A DNA stretch of 64,000 nucleotides from Candidatus Bathyarchaeota archaeon (GTDB taxonomy: Archaea; Thermoproteota; Bathyarchaeia; Bathyarchaeales; Bathycorpusculaceae): positions 224,001-288,000 of the forward strand of contig OY969706.1 of NCBI GenBank assembly GCA_963702095.1, given 5' to 3'. The translations under genes and the position numbers were made by a program. Shown in pieces: positions 40,306 through 51,365 of the stretch. Numbering within the stretch: position 1 is the first letter of the stretch; the number at the start of each line of letters is the position of its first letter. The notes beneath the pieces are model-generated. The model saw only the letters and a program-made list of their open reading frames with translations. It was not told the DNA's origin and searched no databases.

Positions 40306-40998
40306 ATGACCTACGTAAAGAAACGCTCTAACCTCAAAGTCTACATCGCCGTAACCGCAGTTATTGTACTGGTCATAGCTGCCTTTGCTGGGATCTACCT
40401 ATTGAATTCTGGTTCCAAACCTGTAACTGTCGGTGTACGAGTTGGTGACACCTTCACTTATAGTATAGTGGGTACTTCAGAATTCGCTGAAGAAGGAACC
40501 AACGACACCCCTGGTTTTGACCAATACAACCAAACGGATTATTTCAAGATAACAATCACTGACGTAACTGGAACTAACGTTTCCATGGATTCTGTTTGGC
40601 GCTTCCTAAACGGTACACAGTTATCCTATAAACAAACCCTTGACATTGCAAGCGGAAACAAGACCGACGCAAACGGTTTCTGGGCTATTTACCCAGCCAA
40701 CCTAACTGCAAAAGATCTGCTACGCCCAGTGGGTGCCGACGGCAGAATCGTCAACAAAACCATCACACAAGTCTACACAAGCGGTAACCGAGATACAAAC
40801 TTCTGGTTCATAAACAACCAGTTCTATGACTCCAGAGATACAAGCTACGGTACACTCATGTACGATTACCGCAACATCTACTTCGATAAGGTAACGGGCG
40901 TGTTGACTTCGTATGACGAGTATCAAGTGTTTAACAATCCGCAGATGCAAGAAGTCATCAGTTGGAGACTAGTATCTACCTCAGTTTGGGATGTATAA
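40306..40998 (+). CDS. Membrane-anchored extracellular protein
   Basis: N-terminal TM; VGVRVGDTFTY; YFDKVTGVL. Confidence 0.7.
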   Translation: MTYVKKRSNLKVYIAVTAVIVLVIAAFAGIYLLNSGSKPVTVGVRVGDTFTYSIVGTSEFAEEGTNDTPGFDQYNQTDYFKITITDVTGTNVSMDSVWRFLNGTQLSYKQTLDIASGNKTDANGFWAIYPANLTAKDLLRPVGADGRIVNKTITQVYTSGNRDTNFWFINNQFYDSRDTSYGTLMYDYRNIYFDKVTGVLTSYDEYQVFNNPQMQEVISWRLVSTSVWDV

Positions 40999-41157
40999 CT
41001 GCCCAACAACCCCTTTCTTCTTACCTAACCAACAATGTAAGCCTCAAAATTTAATTTTTTACTTAAAAAAGCTATGTTAAAGATGAAAAGTCTGACTGCA
41101 TTTTGAGCTTTTTCTTTAAGTCAAGTATTTATAGCGTTTTTTCTTTGAACTATACAG

Positions 41158-41391
41158 GTGCTTTTAATGGAAAAATCAGAAAAAAGGATGAGCCAAGCTT
41201 CTGGGTCCATGGAAAAAACAGCCGAAACCATAGGAGACACAATCATAGCAGTCCTTGACAGACTTGCCGGCAAACAATCTGATCTTAAACTCAGCTTCGA
41301 AGACTTAACCCTCGACACAGGAGTCATGAAGGCAAGAGTAAACGGCGCAATCGTTCTAGACCTCGTTATGGCCAAAGAAACCACAGCTTAA
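41158..41391 (+). CDS. Hypothetical protein
   Basis: 77-aa ORF paired with the next gene. Confidence 0.6.
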   Translation: MLLMEKSEKRMSQASGSMEKTAETIGDTIIAVLDRLAGKQSDLKLSFEDLTLDTGVMKARVNGAIVLDLVMAKETTA

Positions 41392-41415
41392 AACAATTTT
41401 AAAGGGCGAATTAAA

Positions 41416-41835
41416 GTGCAAATAACCACTTTGCTAGTTGAAACTATGAAATCTGGGAAAATAACGATAAGCCAAAACAACGTTGAAGCCGTCGAAGTAA
41501 ACGTGAAGGACAAAAAAATCGACGTTAACGCAAAAGACAAGGCCTTCATCAAAGAAATCGTTTCCAGCGCACGCGGAACAAGCACAAAAGGCGGCGTCAC
41601 AGAAACCATCCGCAGAGGCGTCGGCACCTTAAGAGAAGCCAGAAAGTCACAGCCGCTGGTCAAAGAAATCGTCGAAGACCTATGCCGAGAAGGCGTCACC
41701 ATAACAGTTTCTTACAAAGGCGACCGCGTGGTAACAATCGGTTCAGAAGCAGACTCAAAGTTCACCAAAGTGGTCACTGGAACCAAAGGCATTGAAATCA
41801 ACAGTCCACTCAAACTTGCAGAAATGGGGATTTGA
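41416..41835 (+). CDS. Hypothetical protein
   Basis: 139-aa ORF. Confidence 0.65.
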   Translation: MQITTLLVETMKSGKITISQNNVEAVEVNVKDKKIDVNAKDKAFIKEIVSSARGTSTKGGVTETIRRGVGTLREARKSQPLVKEIVEDLCREGVTITVSYKGDRVVTIGSEADSKFTKVVTGTKGIEINSPLKLAEMGI

Positions 41836-41876
41836 GCGCCAAACAGCAGTTAGGATTATGCACCAACCCAATTTTT

Positions 41877-43796
41877 CTATTTCTTCCTCTGTTTAGCTTT
41901 TATGAGGGCTAATTTTCCGCCGGCTAAAACCTGCTCTTTTTCATTGCGGCTCAAGTTCAGGCTTACAGTGATTTTTATGCCCTTGGTTTTGTCAACGACC
42001 ACCAAGTGCTCTTTTAACCCGTCAACCTCAAGTATCAACTCATCGCCCATTTCAACGGCATCATAGTCTTTTTTGTCAGCAAACGTCAAGGGCAGAATGC
42101 CGAAGTTTATGAGGTTCGCCAGGTGGATGCGTGCGAATGATTTGGCGATGATGGCTTTGACGCCGAGGTACTTCGGGGCCAAAGCTGCGTGTTCGCGGCT
42201 GCTGCCTTGACCATAGTTTTCGCCGCCCACGACAAATCCGCCGCTTTTTTCCATTGCGCGGCAGGCAAAGGTTTTATCTAAGTGGCAGAAGGTGTAGGTG
42301 CTGATTTCCGGGATGTTGCTGCGTAGGGACATGATTGCGCTGCCGCCGGGAATGATGTCGTCGGTTGTGATGTTGTCACCTGTTTTAAGCAGTACTTCTC
42401 CCGTCAATTTGGAGGGAAGCGGTGGAAAGTCTGGCAGGGGTTTGATGTTGGGTCCCATCGGAACTTTTGTGGTTACGCAGAAACTCGGTTGGATGAACAT
42501 TGCGTCGCTTAGCAGGAATTTCTCGGGCATCTTGATTTCCGGGTATTTGCCGAGTTTGCGTGGGTCAGTGATTTTGCCGTTTAGGGCTGCTGCCGCGGCG
42601 GTTTCGGGGCTGACTAAGTAGACTTTTGCGTCTTGTGTGCCGCTGCGTCCCTTGAAATTGCGGTTGAACGTGCGCAGAGAAACTCCTCCTGAAGGCGGAG
42701 CTTGTCCGATGCCGATACAGGGTCCACAGGCGTTCTCCAGCAATCTGGCGCCTGATTGGATGAAAGGTTCAATTTCCCATGCTGCAGCCAAATTCAACAT
42801 AACCTGCCGTGAACCCGCTGAAACGGTTAAGCTGGTGTTTTCGTTGACTTTTTTGCCTTTGAGCAGCGCTGAGACGATTTTGAGGTCCCGAAGGGACGAG
42901 TTGGTGCAGCTGCCGATGCAGACTTGGTCAACTGGGGTACCTTCGAGTTCAGCGACGGTTTTGACGCAGTCGGGGCTGTGGGGCAAGGCGATGAGGGGTT
43001 CGAGTTTGGAGAGGTCGATTTCTATGGTTTCGTCGTATGTTGCGTCTGGGTCAGCTTTGAGTTCTACCCACATTTCGGGGCGTCCCTCTGCGGTGAGAAA
43101 GGCTTTGGTGACTTCGTCAGAGGGGAAGATGCTGGTGGTGCAGCCTGTTTCGGTGCCCATGTTGGTGATTGTTCCACGTTCAGGCACGCTTAGGGTTTCT
43201 ATACCAGGGCCGTAGTATTCGAGGATTTTGTTTACGCCGCCTTTGACTGAGAGAATTTGGAGAATTTGGAGAATGAGGTCTTTGGCGGATACGAAAGGCT
43301 GCAGTTTGCCTGTGAGTTTGATGCCTACGATTTTGGGCATAACCAAATAGAAGGGTTCGCCTGCCATGGCTGCAGCGACGTCTAAGCCTCCTGCACCGAT
43401 GGCAATCATGCCCATGCCGCCTGCGGTGGGAGTGTGGCTGTCGCTGCCCAGAAGTGTTCTGCCGGGGCGGGCGAAGCGTTCAAGGTAGAGTTGGTGGCAG
43501 ATGCCGTTGCCGGGGCGGCTAAACACTATGCCGTATTTGGCTGCTACGCCTTGGAGGTAGCGGTGGTCGTCGGCGTTGCGGTAGTCGTTTTGGAGCATGT
43601 TGTGGTCGACGAAGCTGAAGCTTAACTCGGTTTTAACTTTGGGAACGCCCATGGCTTCGAATTCTAGGTATGCCATGGTGCCTGTGCTGTCCTGTGTGAG
43701 GGTGTGGTCGATTTTTATAGCGATTTCTTGGTCTGCAGCCATTTCGCCTTCAACTAAGTGTTTAGCTATGATTTTTTGAGCTAAGGTCTGCTTCAA
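41877..43796 (-). CDS. Aconitate hydratase
   Basis: DHN, GICHQ, DSHT, GSCTNS, CGPCIG, NRNF, GSSREHA. Confidence 0.93.
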   Translation of the reverse strand: MKQTLAQKIIAKHLVEGEMAADQEIAIKIDHTLTQDSTGTMAYLEFEAMGVPKVKTELSFSFVDHNMLQNDYRNADDHRYLQGVAAKYGIVFSRPGNGICHQLYLERFARPGRTLLGSDSHTPTAGGMGMIAIGAGGLDVAAAMAGEPFYLVMPKIVGIKLTGKLQPFVSAKDLILQILQILSVKGGVNKILEYYGPGIETLSVPERGTITNMGTETGCTTSIFPSDEVTKAFLTAEGRPEMWVELKADPDATYDETIEIDLSKLEPLIALPHSPDCVKTVAELEGTPVDQVCIGSCTNSSLRDLKIVSALLKGKKVNENTSLTVSAGSRQVMLNLAAAWEIEPFIQSGARLLENACGPCIGIGQAPPSGGVSLRTFNRNFKGRSGTQDAKVYLVSPETAAAAALNGKITDPRKLGKYPEIKMPEKFLLSDAMFIQPSFCVTTKVPMGPNIKPLPDFPPLPSKLTGEVLLKTGDNITTDDIIPGGSAIMSLRSNIPEISTYTFCHLDKTFACRAMEKSGGFVVGGENYGQGSSREHAALAPKYLGVKAIIAKSFARIHLANLINFGILPLTFADKKDYDAVEMGDELILEVDGLKEHLVVVDKTKGIKITVSLNLSRNEKEQVLAGGKLALIKAKQRKK

Positions 43797-43946
43797 GTTA
43801 CTCTTCCTCGTTAATCGTGTCGTAGTTATACGCCAATTGGGAGCAGAGAAATTTTAAGTTTCGCATGTCACTTGAAGGTTTAAATCCTAAAAAGACGATA
43901 AAAAGTGAATAGTTAATCACTATAACAGACAAGAGGCACCACGAGT

Positions 43947-44714
43947 TTGTCGTTTAAAGGTAAAATGCAAGAAGCAGCCAAAAGCAAAAACTCACCGCTA
44001 GTTCTGGCGCTTGATTTCCCCTTTGAAGCCGCTGAAAACCGCAACAACATCCTAATCAAAGCACAGAAAATCCTCAAAGCCGTCCACCCCTACATTGCAG
44101 CAGTAAAAATCAACCATCACCTCACCCTGCCCCTTGGCACCTTCGACGGCGTCCAATTTCTCGTCGAACAAATCCGTGGACAAGGCTTGCTGGCTATCAT
44201 GGATGCAAAAGTCAATGACATCGGAGCCACCAACCAAACTATAGCCGAATACTACTACGCCGCAGGTTTCGACGCCATCATCGCCAACCCATTCGTCGGC
44301 TGGGAAGAAGGCTTAAAACCCCTCTTCGACGTTTCCAAACGCCTCAACCGCGGCGTCATTCTGTTAACTTACATGAGCCACAAAGGCGCCGCTGAAGGGT
44401 ACGGCCAAACCATCGTTGACCCCTACACTGGGCAACAGATGCTACAGTACATTTCTTTTGCTAATAAAGCGCTGCAGTGGGGTGCTGACGGCGTCGTGGT
44501 GGGCGCTACGGTTCCCGAAAAGATTGCTGAGGTAAAGCGGATTTTGGAGGATAAAGTCGAGATTTACTCGCCGGGCGTAGGAGTTCAAGGCGGCGGGGCT
44601 GTGGCGGCGGTTAGGGCTGGCGCAAACTATTTGATCGTTGGCAGAGAAATAACTATGGCGTCTGACCCTGCGGAGTCGGCTCAGAGGATTCTGTGTTCAA
44701 TAAAAGGGGTTTAG
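43947..44714 (+). CDS. pyrF: Orotidine-5'-phosphate decarboxylase
   Basis: LALD, DAKVNDIGAT, SPGVG.QGG, IVGR. Confidence 0.93.
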   Translation: MSFKGKMQEAAKSKNSPLVLALDFPFEAAENRNNILIKAQKILKAVHPYIAAVKINHHLTLPLGTFDGVQFLVEQIRGQGLLAIMDAKVNDIGATNQTIAEYYYAAGFDAIIANPFVGWEEGLKPLFDVSKRLNRGVILLTYMSHKGAAEGYGQTIVDPYTGQQMLQYISFANKALQWGADGVVVGATVPEKIAEVKRILEDKVEIYSPGVGVQGGGAVAAVRAGANYLIVGREITMASDPAESAQRILCSIKGV

Positions 44715-44718
44715 GCGG

Positions 44719-44874
44719 TTATCTGCCGCGTTTGTTTTCCCAGAGTTCTTTTTTAAGCAGGTCACGGACTGAGCTGCGGATGACGCTGCTTCTGCTTGGA
44801 TACATGTTTGCTCGAACCAATTCATCTAAGCCTTCGAGGTAGGCTTCTGGTAATAGGACTGTTACAAGTTTCAT
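44719..44874 (-). CDS. RHH regulator (CopG/CdrS-like)
   Basis: Hand translation MKLVTVLLPEAYLEGLDELVRANMYPSRSSVIRSSVRDLLKKELW. Confidence 0.85.
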   Translation of the reverse strand: MKLVTVLLPEAYLEGLDELVRANMYPSRSSVIRSSVRDLLKKELWENKRGR

Positions 44875-44954
44875 TTTTGTTTTCTCTCCCTTAAACTATG
44901 TATGCCATATGTTATGTGGCAAATATAAGAGTTAGCCCCTAAAAGAACAGCCAT

Positions 44955-45797
44955 CTACAAACGCCTAAGCTGATTTAACGTACCCAAATAAGTACCATCC
45001 AAAAGATATAGTTCAGCATCATCCACATCCACAGCTTCTGAGCGCAACACGGGTCCAATCAATGCTTCGGCGCCGCTTTCTTTTCTGGGTCGCGATTCGT
45101 TTATGGGTCTGCCGCCTAAGAAGTCGTTAAAACTGGGGATAATGAAGAGCTCCGAGGCTTTGGGTTTGACGCCGAAGTGTTTCTGCAGGGTTTTCTCTAT
45201 TGAACCCTCGATTTTCACTTTGCTTTTCTGCAACAGAATTCTCGCTAAGGCTTCAGTGTCTAGGGTTGCCCTCATCCACACTTGCCGCGTCAACTTGCAG
45301 CCAGTTGGGTCCCTGAAAACCACCACAGGATGCAGATGCCCCATAACCAGCGTCTTGCAGCCCAACAACGCAGGCGACGGCCATTTGTGTCCATGGAAAA
45401 CGCCTACGTCGCCGATGACTGCGCCGGTGGCAGGCAGAAATTCGACTTTTTCTGGGAGAAGCGGTTCAAGGTTAGCGTCATGGTTCCCCCGCACAACCGA
45501 TATCTTGCCAACGCAGTTTTCGAGTTTTTTGAAGAATTCGGGGATGTCTTGCCACTCTGCCATTTGGCTGGAAACCACCGTGTACTTGACGTCGCCCAGA
45601 ATCACCAGTTCAGCAGGCTTGTACTCGGCGAGAATGGCGGACAGTTTGGCGAGGAGTTTGCTGGTTTGGCTTGGCACGTGGATGCCTTTTTCCTGCAGCT
45701 CCATTTCCCAGCCGATGTGAGGATCAGCGATAAGCAGTGTCCTGGTTTTTCCGTTTTTCACCATAGCAGCGGGATGGGGCAAAAGCAGACTAAACAT
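44955..45797 (-). CDS. Metallophosphoesterase
   Basis: DPH, GD, GNHD, HGH, GHLHP motifs. Confidence 0.9.
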   Translation of the reverse strand: MFSLLLPHPAAMVKNGKTRTLLIADPHIGWEMELQEKGIHVPSQTSKLLAKLSAILAEYKPAELVILGDVKYTVVSSQMAEWQDIPEFFKKLENCVGKISVVRGNHDANLEPLLPEKVEFLPATGAVIGDVGVFHGHKWPSPALLGCKTLVMGHLHPVVVFRDPTGCKLTRQVWMRATLDTEALARILLQKSKVKIEGSIEKTLQKHFGVKPKASELFIIPSFNDFLGGRPINESRPRKESGAEALIGPVLRSEAVDVDDAELYLLDGTYLGTLNQLRRL

Positions 45798-46617
45798 TCT
45801 TGACCAAGCTGAGGATCTGTTTGTGTAGTTCTTTGTTCGCTGAAGCAATGAAGTTAAGCGTTTGCTTGGGGTCAAGGGGCACGTTGATAGGTTGATTTTT
45901 TGTGTCGGTTACTGTTGCACCTGCTTCTTTGGCTATGATAAAGCCTGCGGCGACGTCGGTTGTACGGATTTTGCTCCGCAAATCAATGAAGGCATCAGTT
46001 AACCCCTCTGCAACATAGCAGATTTCTAGGGCGTTAGCGCCAAAATGTCTAGTGTGCCTAGTTTCATGTATTACTTTGGTGAAGGTTTCGACGTCGGCTT
46101 CGGTTTTGTAAGTGTTTATGTCTAAGCCTACTACGGCTTCATCTATCGAAGTAGTTTTTGATGTGTGCATGGGCTTGCCGTTTCGGTAGGTGCCCTTCCC
46201 CTCAAATGCCATGTAGGTTACGCCGTGGGCAAGATCAGCCACCATGCCTGCGTATACAGAGGCAAGTTCTGGTTTGCCAGAAACAGCTATTGAGGAGGCG
46301 TAGAATGGCAAGCCGTGGGTTAGGTTGGTGGTGCCATCTATGGGGTCAACTGTGATGTAGCAGCTTTGGGGGGATTCACCGTATTTTTTGATGCCGGATT
46401 CTTCGCTGACCAACGTGAAGGATACGCCATGCCGTTTTAGGGTGTCTACTATGGCTGTTTCTGCGGCTAAGTCGACGGGTTTCATCATGTCGCCGCCTGC
46501 GTTGACGCCTAAATTGGGCTGTGGCATCCGTATGGCTGATAGAGAGGGGATGATGGCGGCTTGAACGTTGTTTTGGCATTCGATGAGGATTTGTTGCCAG
46601 TCTGGTTGGTTTTTCAT
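45790..46617 (-). CDS. suhB: Inositol monophosphatase/FBPase family
   Basis: SEE, DPIDGTTN, DVAAG. Confidence 0.9.
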   Translation of the reverse strand: MKNQPDWQQILIECQNNVQAAIIPSLSAIRMPQPNLGVNAGGDMMKPVDLAAETAIVDTLKRHGVSFTLVSEESGIKKYGESPQSCYITVDPIDGTTNLTHGLPFYASSIAVSGKPELASVYAGMVADLAHGVTYMAFEGKGTYRNGKPMHTSKTTSIDEAVVGLDINTYKTEADVETFTKVIHETRHTRHFGANALEICYVAEGLTDAFIDLRSKIRTTDVAAGFIIAKEAGATVTDTKNQPINVPLDPKQTLNFIASANKELHKQILSLVKNV

Positions 46618-46720
46618 TGCTTAACCTTCGCATCTATATTTGCAGGCAAGTTGATAAAGAATTTACTTTTTCGGGGACTTTTGAAATTAATAAATTATTT
46701 ATCCGTAATAGTGATAGTTA

Positions 46721-48148
46721 ATGTTGAGGAATGACAGTCGCTTGAAAGCTGATAGTGCCCTGTCGGTGATTTTGTTTGTTGTTATTCTATCGTCGTCCTT
46801 GCTGGTTTATGTTGAGCCTGCTTCAGCCAACGCCGATAGTGAGAATACTTGGCAGGCGGCGGCGCCGTTGCCGGAAGCTGTTGTTGGGGGTAGAGCGGGT
46901 GTTGTGGATGGGAAAGTCTACGTTATGGACGGTTATCTTAATTACCAGTATGACCCGTCGACAAATACTTGGACGGCTAAAAAACCTATGCCTACACCTA
47001 GGCTCCAGTTTGGAATGGCTGTGTGGCAAGACAAAATATACGTAATAGGCGGGGGGAAAGGCGTGGATTCTACGAATTATCGCTGGAGCCTCTTGTCTGA
47101 TGCAGTTGAAGTCTATGATCCTTCAACTGACACTTGGCAGACTAAGCAGCCGATGCCGACTGCCAGAGTCCAATTACAGGCAAGCGTTGTTAACGGTCAA
47201 ATCTACTTGGTGGGTGGAAAGGAGGATAACCAAAATAAGGTTAATTTAAACGAAGTTTACAATATTGCTAACGATTCGTGGTCAACGGCAGAGCCAATTC
47301 CCTATGCAGTTTACAGTTATACGTCAGCGGTATGCGACGACAAAATCTACATAATTGGCGGTCAAAGCCTGCAGGCGCCGATACTGAATCTTAATTACGC
47401 CCAAATCTATGACTGTGCCAATAACTCTTGGAGTTTTAGTGCTCCTATGCCCACTTCAGTAACGTATGCCGCTGCATGTGCAACAACAGGCGAAGCGGCG
47501 TCTAGAAGAATATATGTTATAGGCGGGGTTTTGGAGGGCAGCTATGACCATGTTGTTTTGGGTGATGTGCAGATTTATGATCCGCAGACTGATTCGTGGA
47601 CGTTTGGCGCATCGATGCCTTCAGTCCGAAACTCTCATACCGTTGCCGCTGTTGATGATAGATTGTACGCGATAGGTGGCAAACCCTACGGTGAGCCTCA
47701 TCCTGTACTATCTGGTGATAAGGATACGTTTACGCATAATGAGGTTTACACGCCGTTTGGTTATGGTGTGCCTGATCCTGCGTATGTGTTTGAGCATACG
47801 CCGCCGCGTGTGACGCTTGAGTCTTCGCTGAATGGGACGACTTTTACTAATTCGTCTGTGCCCTTGGTTTTCTGTGTGGATAAAGTGTTGGATTGGGCTG
47901 GTTATAGTCTGGATGGGCAGGGGAACGTAACTGTATCGGGTAACTTTACTTTGACTGAGCTCTCCAGCGGCACACACAGCGTTGTGGTTTACGCTAACGA
48001 CACCTATGGCAACATGGGTGTCTCTGAAGCCCTGGCTTTCAGTGTAGCGGAGCTCTTTCCAGTGGCGTTTGTGGTTATTGCGGTTTTAGCTGTTGCCGTA
48101 GTCGGTGTGGTTGCTGGTGTGGTTGTTTTCTTTAAGAGACGCCGATGA
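46721..48148 (+). CDS. Kelch-repeat cell-surface protein
   Basis: Signal peptide, repeated IYVIGG...YDP.TD.W, Ig-like domain, C-terminal TM with KRRR. Confidence 0.9.
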   Translation: MLRNDSRLKADSALSVILFVVILSSSLLVYVEPASANADSENTWQAAAPLPEAVVGGRAGVVDGKVYVMDGYLNYQYDPSTNTWTAKKPMPTPRLQFGMAVWQDKIYVIGGGKGVDSTNYRWSLLSDAVEVYDPSTDTWQTKQPMPTARVQLQASVVNGQIYLVGGKEDNQNKVNLNEVYNIANDSWSTAEPIPYAVYSYTSAVCDDKIYIIGGQSLQAPILNLNYAQIYDCANNSWSFSAPMPTSVTYAAACATTGEAASRRIYVIGGVLEGSYDHVVLGDVQIYDPQTDSWTFGASMPSVRNSHTVAAVDDRLYAIGGKPYGEPHPVLSGDKDTFTHNEVYTPFGYGVPDPAYVFEHTPPRVTLESSLNGTTFTNSSVPLVFCVDKVLDWAGYSLDGQGNVTVSGNFTLTELSSGTHSVVVYANDTYGNMGVSEALAFSVAELFPVAFVVIAVLAVAVVGVVAGVVVFFKRRR

Positions 48149-48500
48149 GTATTGCGGGAAAAAACAGGTCGATACATGCTTTCACACCCACCGCGGCGGC
48201 TTCAACATGGAGACATGCAGGGCATGTGAAAGAAAACGCATATCCCACACCGAAACAGACGCAGAAAAACATTGCAAACCCAAAACACAACCGCATCCAG
48301 TTGCAGTCTTATGCTGCCCCGTAAACTGCAACACCCACATAAAGAGACAGAAGTGTACAGGTCAACAAAACCTCCGTTATGTCAACCAAGTTTTAGCTGT
48401 GCGCGTTGAGGTCAGCTTTGACCATGAAAAAGCAATGCATCGTCCATAACACAAAAAAACCCCTCCTTTCTCCAATAATAGAGAACTCTGGTGACTACAA

Positions 48501-48863
48501 TTGGTTAAGAAACCTCATGTCTCAACCATATTCAAACGAGCAATAAAGAGCACGTTTTCTAAGCCAGCGACCGAACTCTACCCCGCCCAGAAGCCTGTGC
48601 TGCCCGAAAAGTACCGTGGAGAACCCTGCTTTGACTTCCAAGCATGCATCGGCTGCGGCTTATGCGCCAGAGACTGCCCCGCCAAAGCCATCGAAATGGT
48701 CACGGTCGACGGGAAAAAAAGGCGCCCGCAGATTAACCTCGCCAAATGCATTTTCTGTTACCAATGCGCCGAGACCTGCCCCAAGAAAGCGATAAGCACC
48801 TCCTGTGTTTACGAGTTGGCAACAACCGACAAGTCGGATTTGGTTGTGAAACCCCCAAGTTAA
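48501..48863 (+). CDS. 2x[4Fe-4S] ferredoxin, NuoI-like
   Basis: YP....RG; CIGCGLCARDCP; CIFCYQCAETCP. Confidence 0.88.
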   Translation: MVKKPHVSTIFKRAIKSTFSKPATELYPAQKPVLPEKYRGEPCFDFQACIGCGLCARDCPAKAIEMVTVDGKKRRPQINLAKCIFCYQCAETCPKKAISTSCVYELATTDKSDLVVKPPS

Positions 48864-49007
48864 CCCTAAACCCTGATTCCTTTTAATCGGCGGGTATGGG
48901 GCTGCAAGCATACGTTTGTAAACCAGAATTCAGCCAAGTTGAAAACAGAAAAACCATGAAAACTCTTAAATTATACAAAAGCCCACAGAAGAGACAAGGT
49001 CTCGTCA

Positions 49008-50015
49008 ATGGCACCAAGTAATAGTTCATTTGAAATTCAAAGTTACGACGAAAAAAAGCAAATGTACTTTGTTAAAACAAAATATGGCGTTGTACAGGTA
49101 CAGGATACTTTTGCAGAAATGTTCCCGCTTTGGGCAGCAAGAGTATTAATCACTGCCGCAAACGAGAAATGGGCAGAAATCGCCGCGTCCATAACAACCG
49201 GCTACGCAACAAGCGTTATAGCCGCCTCAGCTGAAGCATCCGTTGAACGGTCTGTTCCAGCCAGCGAGACACCAGACAAACGCCCCGGCATCCTAATTCA
49301 AATTTACAATAAAGACCGTTTTGAACTCAAACACTCCCTTATGGGACGCATTGGTCAGTGCACCATGACCTGCCCAACCACCGCAGCCTTCAACGGGCTT
49401 TTGGGCAAACGCGTATTGCTCATCGGCAGCAGCCTCCGCTACTTCGGCGACGGCTTCCAAGGAAAATCTCTAATCGGCGGACGCAAATGCTGGAAAATCC
49501 CAGTTATGGAAGGCAACTTTTTCGTAGAAGACGGCTTCGGTGCCACAGAAGCGGTTGCAGGTGGCAACTTTATGATATTCGCTAAAACAGACGCTGAGTG
49601 CCTTGCAGCTTCAGAAGCAGCCGTGGACGCCATCCGCGCGCAAGTTCCCGATGTCATCATGCCTTTCCCAGGCGGTGTCTGCCGCTCAGGAAGCAAAGCG
49701 GGCTCACTGAAATACAAGCTTAAGGCTTCAACTAACCACGTTTACTGCCCAACGCTTCGTGAAATCGTACCCGACACTGTTGTTCCAGAGGGATGCACAA
49801 GCGTTTTAGAGATAGTCATTAACGGTTTAACCCTTGATGTAGTCAAGAAAGCCATGACAGTCGGTGTACAGGCAGCCCTCACTTGCCCAGGCATCATAAA
49901 AATTTCTGCAGGCAACTACGGCGGCAAACTCGGGCCATTCAAAGCTTACCTAAAAGAAGCCATAGGCGTCCCTGAACCAGCCCCTGCAGCAGCGCCAAAA
50001 GCACCCAAAGCCTAA
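49008..50015 (+). CDS. ftr: Formylmethanofuran-tetrahydromethanopterin formyltransferase
   Basis: DTFAEMF, TPDKRPG, RIGQC..TCPTT, PFPGG.CRSGSK, SAGNYGGKLG. Confidence 0.95.
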   Translation: MAPSNSSFEIQSYDEKKQMYFVKTKYGVVQVQDTFAEMFPLWAARVLITAANEKWAEIAASITTGYATSVIAASAEASVERSVPASETPDKRPGILIQIYNKDRFELKHSLMGRIGQCTMTCPTTAAFNGLLGKRVLLIGSSLRYFGDGFQGKSLIGGRKCWKIPVMEGNFFVEDGFGATEAVAGGNFMIFAKTDAECLAASEAAVDAIRAQVPDVIMPFPGGVCRSGSKAGSLKYKLKASTNHVYCPTLREIVPDTVVPEGCTSVLEIVINGLTLDVVKKAMTVGVQAALTCPGIIKISAGNYGGKLGPFKAYLKEAIGVPEPAPAAAPKAPKA

Positions 50016-50095
50016 CCGACTTTTTTGGAGTCGGAACTTTTATTTTCCTCATCTTAACGTAAGTATTTGAATTACCTTTATTTCAGTGAAGCTAA

Positions 50096-51365
50096 TTGAG
50101 TACCGCAAAAAAAAGCTCCCTATGAACTATTCAGGCTAAGAAAAACCATCAACTCATTAGCCCGCAAAGAGGGCAGTCACACAGAGTTAATTACGATTTA
50201 TGTGCCGCCTGACAAACAAATCAGCGACGCCCTAAACCTGCTCCGCAACGAATACGGCACCGCAAGCAACATCAAATCCAACGTCACCCGCAAAAACGTG
50301 CTGGACGCCATCACCAAGGCACAGCAGAAACTAAAACTCTTCAAAGACCCAGGTGAAAAAGGCATCGTCATCTTCACTGGCGCATTGCCACAGGAAGGCG
50401 GCGGACCCGGAACCGAACGCATGGAAAGCTACGTCATTGTCCCCCCTGACCCCATCAGGATTTTCCTCTATCGATGTGACAGCCGCTTCCACACTGAGCA
50501 TCTGCAAGAGATGCTGCGGGAAAAAGAAACCTATGGCATCTTACTGGTGGACGCTAATAATGCTACGATAGCCACTCTGCAGGGGAAACGGCTAGATATC
50601 GTTCGCCAAATGCATTCTGGTGTTGCAGGCAAAACTAAAGCTGGCGGTCAATCAGCCAGGCGTTACGAGCGGCTCCGCGACATGCAGCTAACCGAATATT
50701 TCACCCGCGTCGGCGCTCATGCAAACGAGATTTTCCTCCCCATAGACACTCTCAAAGGCATAATCATCGGTGGACCGGGACCAACAAAGTTTGATTTCGA
50801 AAAAGGCGATTTCCTGCATTATCAGTTGAAAAACAAAATCTTAGACACCGTCGACACCGCGTACGTTGAGGAACAAGGCGTTAAAGAAGTTATGGATAAA
50901 GCGCCTGAAATCATGAAGAAAGTTCGCTACATCGAAGAGAAAGAACTCATGCAGAAGTTCCTCTTTGAAGTCGGGCATGACAGCGGATTAATCACTTACG
51001 GCGAAGCAGAAGTTCGGCGCTTGATGAATGCTGGCGCGGTCCGAATGGTTCTGCTCTCAGAAGACGTGGATTTGGTCCGCATAACAGTCAAATGCAGTGC
51101 ATGCGGCTACCAAGAGGAACACACCGTTAAAAGCAAAGACTTAGCCGACTTCGAAAAAGGCTTAATCGGGAAACCATGCAGCGGATGCCAAGCACCCTCC
51201 ATGACGATTGTAGACAAAAAAGACATCGTCGACGACCTGGCAGAACTAGCTCAACTAACCAACACTGAAATCGAGGTTATTTCCAGTGAAACCGAAGAGG
51301 GGCAGATGCTTAAAAACGCCTTCGGCGGCATAGCAGCCATGCTGCGCTTCAAAATGCAAGGCTAA
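50096..51365 (+). CDS. prf1: Peptide chain release factor aRF1, with +1 frame break after codon 9
   Basis: TASNIKS, YRCDSRF, GGQSARRY; the conserved N-terminus has no start codon in the main frame. Confidence 0.95.

Noticed and set aside
48105-48449. Plus-strand 114-aa ORF
   Set aside because: No motifs; the opposite strand looks like a stop-interrupted membrane-protein relic, too weak to call.
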